Shown: piece by piece, positions 54,947 to 64,000 of the stretch | How positions within the stretch are numbered: position 1 is the stretch's first letter | Layout: each line of letters begins with the position of its first letter | Assembly (NCBI RefSeq): GCF_009914755.1 | Contig: NC_060948.1 | From: the human T2T-CHM13v2.0 reference genome, Homo sapiens | Reading direction: 5' to 3' (one strand) | DNA length: 64,000 bases | Position numbers and translations under genes: made by a program | The notes under the pieces: model-generated | What the model was told of the DNA's origin: nothing | Database searches by the model: none | Seen by the model: only the letters and a program-made list of their open reading frames with translations

Positions 54947-55738
54947 GCACACCATATTCTTGATAGTTCCAAATATCCCTTTCTGGCTCTCCTTTGTTTT
55001 CTTAGAGGAACCAGGACATGCTGATAACCTTTCTTAAGTTATGTTAATATGTAAATGCAGTCAACATCTGGGGTATTCTAGGCCTTTGGTAGCTCCACGA
55101 ACAGCAAATACTTTCACCTGGACAGACCTTCTAAATACTTGGCAAAGGAAAGATTATTATGAGCCTTATTTAGTTTAGTCTGCAGCAGTGATATTTTATT
55201 ACCAGCATTCTCTGTAGGTTTGGAGAATATGAAAGTAAGCTCTGTATTAGCCTTAAACTTTCTGAGCTGGATTTGAATCACCTAACGCTAAAAAAAAAAA
55301 AAAAAAAAAAAAATCAGAGTCAACTACTTTCTAAGCATATGTTTTCGCAATACAGATGAGGTTTTATCAGTAGTTTTTTACAAGTCTGTCTAGAAATTTC
55401 ATATTCTACTCAATGCTTCTAGTTATTAATGAGAAATGAATTTTTTCATGAAAATGTAGTTGCCCTTCTATTAGAAACTGTTCATATGAGCTGTATCTAC
55501 TCATCTTAAATAAAAATGTAATGCTACTCGATTAAAATAAATTTCCTCAAATTAATATTTCATTTTTTAAAATTTTAAGGTAGAATGTAAAAAGGAAAAT
55601 GTATAGGAAATTGAAAAAAAACAGCATTTATTTATCCAGTTTCCTTTAGTCACAGCATCACTAAGTTGAAAGAGCTGTAGAAGATATAGTCCAATGTCAT
55701 CATTTTACAAAAGTGAAAATTGAAATTCTGAAATATAA

Positions 55739-56098
<360 letters not shown>

Positions 56099-57149
56099 CT
56101 CTAATGCTCATTTTTCTAAACTGCACTGATGATCACACAACCAGGCATACCAAAAAAAAAAAAAAAAAAAAAAGAAGGTATCAGCTATAAGCTATAACCT
56201 TTGCTCTTATGGAGCTTATAATTTCATAAGAAAGAGTATACAAGATGAACAGCTTTGTATGATCAGGACAGGCAAGATACGACATGCGCTATTTGTGCAG
56301 AAGACAGCTACATCATAGCAGGCAGGCTCATAGATTTGAGAGAGGCTTGGCAAACAGATAGTATCTGGGATAGGGTGAGGTTCTGGTAAAAAAAAAAAAA
56401 ATGTATAGTCATCATAGTGTCCTACTGTTTTAAATTTTTGAAACAAATTCTTTCCCAAAGAATTCCTGAAATGTTTGGTATTTTGATATTTTTCTCTTAA
56501 TGGAAAATGCAAATGAGTTAAACTATTAATGATTTTCATCCTATAATTGCTACCTACTGTCATTTGTGTGGACAATTTCAATAGGCATGTTCACTTTTTA
56601 GATAGAGATTTATTATAATGTTTTCTTGTGACAATTTGATATCATTGTGTTGTTTACTTATATTCATTTTAAAATTATTCACTTATCTTTTATTCCACCA
56701 AGATAATCCATTTATAGATTTAATTCATCATGAGGCTCCTAATAATGAGTTTATGATTAAGAAAATTTTGCTATTAGTTTGTTCAGCCATTTTTCAATTT
56801 TTTTTTAAATCATGGCACCTGAGTCCTAATTATAATTAATTGCTAAAGTTGATCATTTGAAGCTTCTTTGAAGAATTACTCAAGTTGTTTCAGTGTAAAT
56901 TAACTCTAAAAAAGGCAGTGATTTATATTTTCTATTTTGGGTGCAAGAGATTAACACCAGTGCTAGATTATATTTAAAACACTTAGTTTATTGATTAACT
57001 TCCCTGAAGAACATATGACCTTATTTTTTCTTAAAACTATTTGCAGATCTGAAATATTTGAGGAAGGTCAGTGAGTGTATAGGGGTTAGATTCAGGGGAA
57101 GGAACAGTACTTCTACTTTAACCATAATACCTACCTTTTTATCTATTTT

Positions 57150-58531
<1,382 letters not shown>

Positions 58532-58798
58532 CCTTTTTATCTATTTTCTATATTGTGGCTTTGATTCTGTTGAATTTCCATTAAAAAGGTGGAGAGGTGT
58601 ATTACAAATTGTAAACTTTTCTAACTTTTAAAAATCACTTTCCTAAAGGCAAAGATCAAAGTCTTTCAAGGTTCTTTATATCCCAATTATAGTTTCTGCT
58701 TCTTCTTCCTTTACACAAAGACTTTGTCTCATCCAAACTTATTTTCTGAACATTGTCTAAACATACCTTGTGGTTTCCTTGCTCCCTGACTTGCATAA

Positions 58799-59176
<378 letters not shown>

Positions 59177-59496
59177 GTCCCTTTCCATTTTTGAAGTTAA
59201 ACTCTCCCCATGAAGTCTTCTAATTCATAACAACTGGAACTGACCTCTCTATCCATTGATCTCCAATACCAATTATCATTTATTCTTACCACTACTTTAT
59301 ATTGCAGTTATCTATGTAGACTAGATCAACATGACTGTATTTGAGCACTCAATAAATATGTGTTAAATGAAACACATATTTATTGTGAGGTACTCATAGA
59401 CCACAAGTTTTGCAGAGTAATAAAGTTTAATTTTATTCTTCTAGTTTCCAGCAGAAAGAAAATAATGAAAAAATATGTATTTAACTAGAAGGAGAC

Positions 59497-60035
59497 TGTA
59501 CTAGTCAGGGTTTTCTAGAGGGACAGAACTAACAGTATATATGTATATATTAAAGGGAGTTTATTAAGGAGAACTGACTCACAGGATCACAAGATGAAGT
59601 CCCACGATAGACTGTCTGCAAGCCGAAGAGCTAGGAAGCCAGTAGTGGCTCATTCAGAGTCCCAAAACCTCGAAAGTAGGGAAGCCAACAGTTTAGCCTT
59701 CAGTCTGTGGCTGAAGGCCTGAGAGCTCCTAGCAAACCACTGGTGTAAATCCAAGAGTCCAAAAACTGAAGAACTTGGAGTTTGATGTTCCAGGACAGGG
59801 AGCATCCAGAGGAAGACTCAGCATGTCGGCTTATCCCACCTTCTTCTGACTGCCTTTTCTAGCTGCGCTGGCAGGTGATTGGATGATGCCCACCCAGACT
59901 GAGGGTGAGTTGGCCTTTCCCAGTTCACTGACTCGAATGTTAATCTCCTCTGGCAACACCCTCACAGACACACCCAGAAACAATACTTTGCATCCTGCAA
60001 TCCAAACAAATTGACACTTAATATTAACCATCACA
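59497..60035 (-). mobile_element. MLT2A (probably MLT2A2; HERV-L) solo LTR
   Basis: Minus strand tgtgatggttaatattaagtgtcaatttg...gatgcaaagtattgtttctgggtgtgtctgtgagggtgttgcc...ctctagaaaaccctgactagtaca; 539 bp. Confidence 0.9.
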
Positions 60036-60557
60036 GATTTCTACTACTAAGTCTCTCTCATGTAACATAGCTTCAGTGGAATTATATTCTCAGATCCATA
60101 GTTTCTCTGAGCGATAGTTGCCCATAATTTAAAATGTAAAGTGTATACTCTGCAGCAGCATGTTTGTAAGGTGTGTAAATGTGAGTGTTTTAGTTAGCTC
60201 AACACTTAGCTTTTAATGCTTAGAATGACATACTTGAAATATATTTTTAATTTTTCTTGAGACTTTGACCAGAACTGGGATTAATCCATTCAGACATTAT
60301 TTTGGTATTCATAGATCATCTTGAAGGTATGTTTTATTAAATAGCCTATAATATTTATTTAATTCAAAACTGATTTCTAACTTTTAAAATTTACTCATGG
60401 TGGCATATTAAGTTATTGAGCTCAACAGAGAATCAAGGAACAAAGAGTAACAGCTCTTTCTACCATCTTCTTAGATTTTCAGATTGATCCAATACAACTT
60501 TTAATAGCATTGGAGGCCAAAACTAATATTAATACATTAGCATTAATGCCGGTGTAG

Positions 60558-60977
<420 letters not shown>

Positions 60978-61212
60978 TAAAAAAAATCAATGTTGGGTTA
61001 GCAGTGTTATATAGTATGTAGAATACCATCCTGAGGATTAGGAAACCTTGTTAGGAATTAGTTGTGTGTTTTTGGGAAGGCCTCTTTTGCAATATGAACC
61101 TGAACATGTTTTTCTATAAAATGAGGGTTCAGAACTTGGGGATTTCTAAGATTTCCTCCAGCTCAATCCTTTTATGTCTTTAAACTTGTAAAGGGTAGGG
61201 AAAAAGCCCTCA

Positions 61213-61523
<311 letters not shown>

Positions 61524-62799
61524 GTAATACCATATTCACGCAAATACTCTCTTTATTCTCTTGAAGAACAAATAACAAAGGGATATGTATATCCTAGTGT
61601 AAGTGTTTCTTTGAGATTCACTCTCTTATTTCCTCATACAATGCAAGGGAAAGGCCATAGACTAATTTTTTATTAAAGTAAATACAAGTAATTTTTAATC
61701 TAGAGGTTTATTTCTGTAGCAGTAGAAATTCTTCCACATTAAATACAGGAAGGAAAAAAAATGCTTCAGAAGCACATTTGAAGAGAGCTATATTCAATTT
61801 CACAGGAAAGACTCAACATCAAGTAACCCCTGGGTCCCTTCAATGTATTGCTCTAATTTATACATCAAAGTGAGAACAAGCTTGCTGAAACATAAGGCCT
61901 GAAGGAACAACTCAATGTTTCTAGCAAAATGTAATTCAGCAGTCACACAGTCCATGAAATGCTCATTAACAAGCTGAGGCAATATGTACTGAGTATACAA
62001 GTTCACCTTTGCATATTAAGGAGCAATGTGTAATAACATTTATGGCTCTTGCTGTTCCACATGCAGAGAACACGGAAATTAGAGCCGGGCTGTATAAATG
62101 TCAAATGTATTTATGGTCATGCATGCATACTGCTGTTTTAAAACAGTAGTCTTAACGGCCACAAATGTTTCATTCATATGCAGGTAGTTGGCAGCCACCT
62201 TTTTTCTTGAGCCACAGATTACTTCTGCTATAGAATTCCATCCTACAACACAGATCTACCACCAACAGTTCTATGAAGCCATATGCCCTTCAGAAACACT
62301 GCAGTTTTGGTTTTCCCTTCATAATAATGTACATTATCTTAATGTTTCATAAAAATATTTCATTTAAAGGCAGCAAAGTAAGACATCAGGAAAAAAAGAT
62401 GCAACTAACATGTAACTAAACGAGACCCTAAGCCCCAGAATTAAAATATGGTTTTCTGCTGTACTAGCAGCATGAGATCTCTTCACCATAAAATCTCCAA
62501 GCTCACAAGAAGGGAAGAGGGTGGAATATATATATATGTATTGACTCATTCCAAAGCATTCTTAAAGACCTTAAAACCAGAAAACAATGAAATTAACATG
62601 TCAGCTTTCCCTTCCACTTCTAGGAAGTCTTGTCTGACTGGCTTACCCTCACAGCCCTCCCTCACATATGCTTTAGAGTATAAACACGTATCTTTTCAAA
62701 TTAATAGTTCTATTAGTATTTTTTTTCAGATTTGACTCATTCCAAAATTTATTGCATTTTAATGCAAACTAAGCATGCATATTATTGGTTTGGTTATAA

Positions 62800-63103
<304 letters not shown>

Positions 63104-63137
63104 AGTATAATGCAGTCTTGAGATAATCTGATAAATT

Positions 63138-63469
63138 ATTTATTTATTTTTAATTTTAATTTTTTAATTAATTTATTTGGTTTTTTTTGAGACAGGGTCT
63201 CTCTGTTGCCCAGGCTGGAGTGCTGTGGTGCCATCATGGGTCACTGCAGCCTCCACATCCCAGGCTCAAGCAATTTTTCCCACCTCAGCCTCCTGAGTAG
63301 CTGGGACTACAGGGATGCACCACCACATCCAGCTAATTTTTTTAATTTTTGGCAGAGATGAGGTCTCATTATGTTGCCCATACTGGTCTCCAACTCCTGG
63401 GCTCAAGTGATCCTCCCACTTGGCCTCCCAAAGTGCTGGGATTGCAGGTGTGAGCCACCACACCTAGCC
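63138..63469 (-). mobile_element. AluJ
   Basis: gagacagggtctc...ctcctgggctcaagtgatcctccc; long decayed tail. Confidence 0.92.
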
Positions 63470-64000
63470 ATTGATTAATTACTTAAAAATCAAAGCAATA
63501 TGCTATTACAGAACCAGACCTTATAGGCAACAAATTACCCATGTCACATACTTTTTGAAGTACATTATTGGGTATAGATATTCCACATTAACCAAAAGTA
63601 CTTTATTAGAAAGATAGGAAATTGAAAAAATGGAGATGGAATTTTGGGAGTCCCTAAGCAATTCAATAATTTCTCAAAACAAACTTAACTCATTAGTAAT
63701 AAAACCTATGGTTTTCCATTATTATTTTCATTATTTTATTATTTCTATTATTTCTAAATAAACTAATTTACATAATGCATGTATTCAAGCCAAGCTGAAC
63801 AGCTAGCACATTTCTTACCAAGCAGTGTGTGCTCTTAAATGCATATAGAATAAGACACATTTACGCATTTTCTATTTTTATTTTACACATTTAATTGTTT
63901 ATCTGTGAGGTAAATCACATTTTAATTTTTTGCAAAATTAAACAAGAGGCTTTTACCCAATAGCATTTTGGTCTACCTGTACTTTTTGAGAGAAGAAATA

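Overview
This is primate (human-like), AT-rich, repeat-dense DNA with no intact host exon that I can recognise, most likely deep intron or gene desert. Main contents: (1) a complete 5.6-kb deleted-type HERV-H provirus on the minus strand (44336-49978), with two LTR7s, a perfect tRNA-His primer binding site and a 5-bp TSD; (2) a full-length EIF4A1 processed pseudogene (57150-58531, minus), with a 16-bp TSD, an early stop and a long surviving ORF whose DEAD-box motifs are mutated; (3) a GC-rich 416-bp retrocopy of the 3' end of what appears to be SF3A2 (GVHPxxP heptad repeats, ATTAAA, poly(A)), fused on the same strand to a near-full-length old L1MA-type element that lacks its own 3' end, a candidate L1/mRNA chimeric retrotranscript; (4) an L1PA insertion that apparently replaced about 2.5-3 kb of an older L1; (5) many Alus, solo LTRs (MER4 group, LTR8, MSTA, THE1, MLT1, MLT2A), DNA-transposon fossils and microsatellites. 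Large L1s, the provirus and both retrocopies are mostly on the minus strand, as expected inside an intron of a plus-strand gene; PCDH11X/Y is an unverified guess from memory. Subfamily names come from recalled consensus sequences and need RepeatMasker/Dfam confirmation. There are no prokaryotic features such as CRISPR arrays or operons.
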